Assembly: GCA_036513515.1 (NCBI GenBank)
Contig: DATBYW010000029.1
Coordinates: 4,797-68,796 of the forward strand
Origin: Candidatus Dormiibacterota bacterium
GTDB taxonomy: Bacteria; Chloroflexota; Dormibacteria; Dormibacterales; Dormibacteraceae
DNA length: 64,000 nt
Direction: 5' to 3'
Positions 63,641-64,000 of the stretch are shown here, in pieces. The notes beneath the pieces were generated by a model. That model had not been told where the DNA came from. It ran no database searches and worked only from the letters and a program-made list of their open reading frames with translations. A program made the position numbers and the translations under genes. Numbering within the stretch: the stretch's first letter is position 1; each line of letters opens with the position of its first letter.

Positions 63641-64000
63641 CGAACCCCCGCCAGCTGCAGGTATCGGTGGATCAACGGACCCGTGAGCGGACCGTCGAAC
63701 CGGGCCACGGCGACCCCGTCCCGGTCGATGAAAAAGGTCGCCGGCGGCTGGACGACGGCGTACGCCGGTGGTATCCCGTTCAGCGCGGGACCGACCGGGT
63801 AAGGCAGCTTGTTCCGCTCCTGATAGGCGCGAGCTGCCCCTGGGGAGTCTCTGAAGTTGACGCCAAGGAAGCCGACAGCGGGGCTCTGGCTCTCCGACGC
63901 CTGGCGAAGGGCCTCCGCCTCGGCCTGGCAGGGCGCGCACCAGGACGCCCAGAAGTTGAGCACCACAGGGCGCCCGCGCAGCTCCGAGAGGGTCACCTTG
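63637..64000 (-). CDS. TlpA/ResA/CcmG-like thiol:disulfide oxidoreductase (5' end outside the window)
   Basis: Thioredoxin-fold active site WASWCAPC. The ORF runs off the window edge. Confidence 0.8.
   Translation of the reverse strand, partial: KVTLSELRGRPVVLNFWASWCAPCQAEAEALRQASESQSPAVGFLGVNFRDSPGAARAYQERNKLPYPVGPALNGIPPAYAVVQPPATFFIDRDGVAVARFDGPLTGPLIHRYLQLAGVR

Overview
High-GC (roughly 68-70%), densely coding chromosomal segment with about 70 genes, one tRNA, no rRNA, no CRISPR array and no recognisable mobile element. The gene content suggests an aerobic soil-type, Actinomycetota-like bacterium, but taxonomy cannot be fixed from this window. All calls rest on reading the supplied translations for family motifs, on third-codon-position GC (GC3) to choose between overlapping frames, and on start/stop overlaps; no database search was possible. 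Main blocks: (1) 28-7455, a translationally coupled [NiFe]-hydrogenase maturation operon (endopeptidase, hypA, hypC, 44-aa membrane peptide, YceI-like protein, hypF, a SIS/HypC-like/SIS fusion, hypD, hypE), with no hypB here. (2) DEAD-box helicase, then a treS-maltokinase fusion plus glgB. (3) GNAT, OpgC-like protein, tRNA-Pro(CGG), thioesterase, enoyl-CoA hydratase, and a histidine-phosphatase/APH-kinase/acyl-CoA-dehydrogenase trio. (4) Two complex II enzymes facing each other (three-gene sdh and frdABCD). (5) Scattered nucleoside salvage genes (psuG, psuK, deoC, add, upp, udp, deoA). (6) 39.7-46.2 kb, a minus-strand lipid-type cluster: small repeat-containing membrane protein, fatty-acyl reductase-HAD fusion, Zn-ADH with no canonical start codon, LarA-like protein, PlsC-like acyltransferase. 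This is the best candidate here for an undescribed system. (7) ftsH, mscL, and a dtxR-deoA-telA-udp-upp-dinB operon. (8) A System I cytochrome c maturation operon (tlpA/ccmG-like, ccmE, F, A, B, C, D) whose CcmE carries Cys/Phe where E. coli has the heme-binding His/Tyr. Several track ORFs are over-extended or truncated, and three sub-60-aa genes missing from the track are proposed. No defence, toxin or mobile system was seen.
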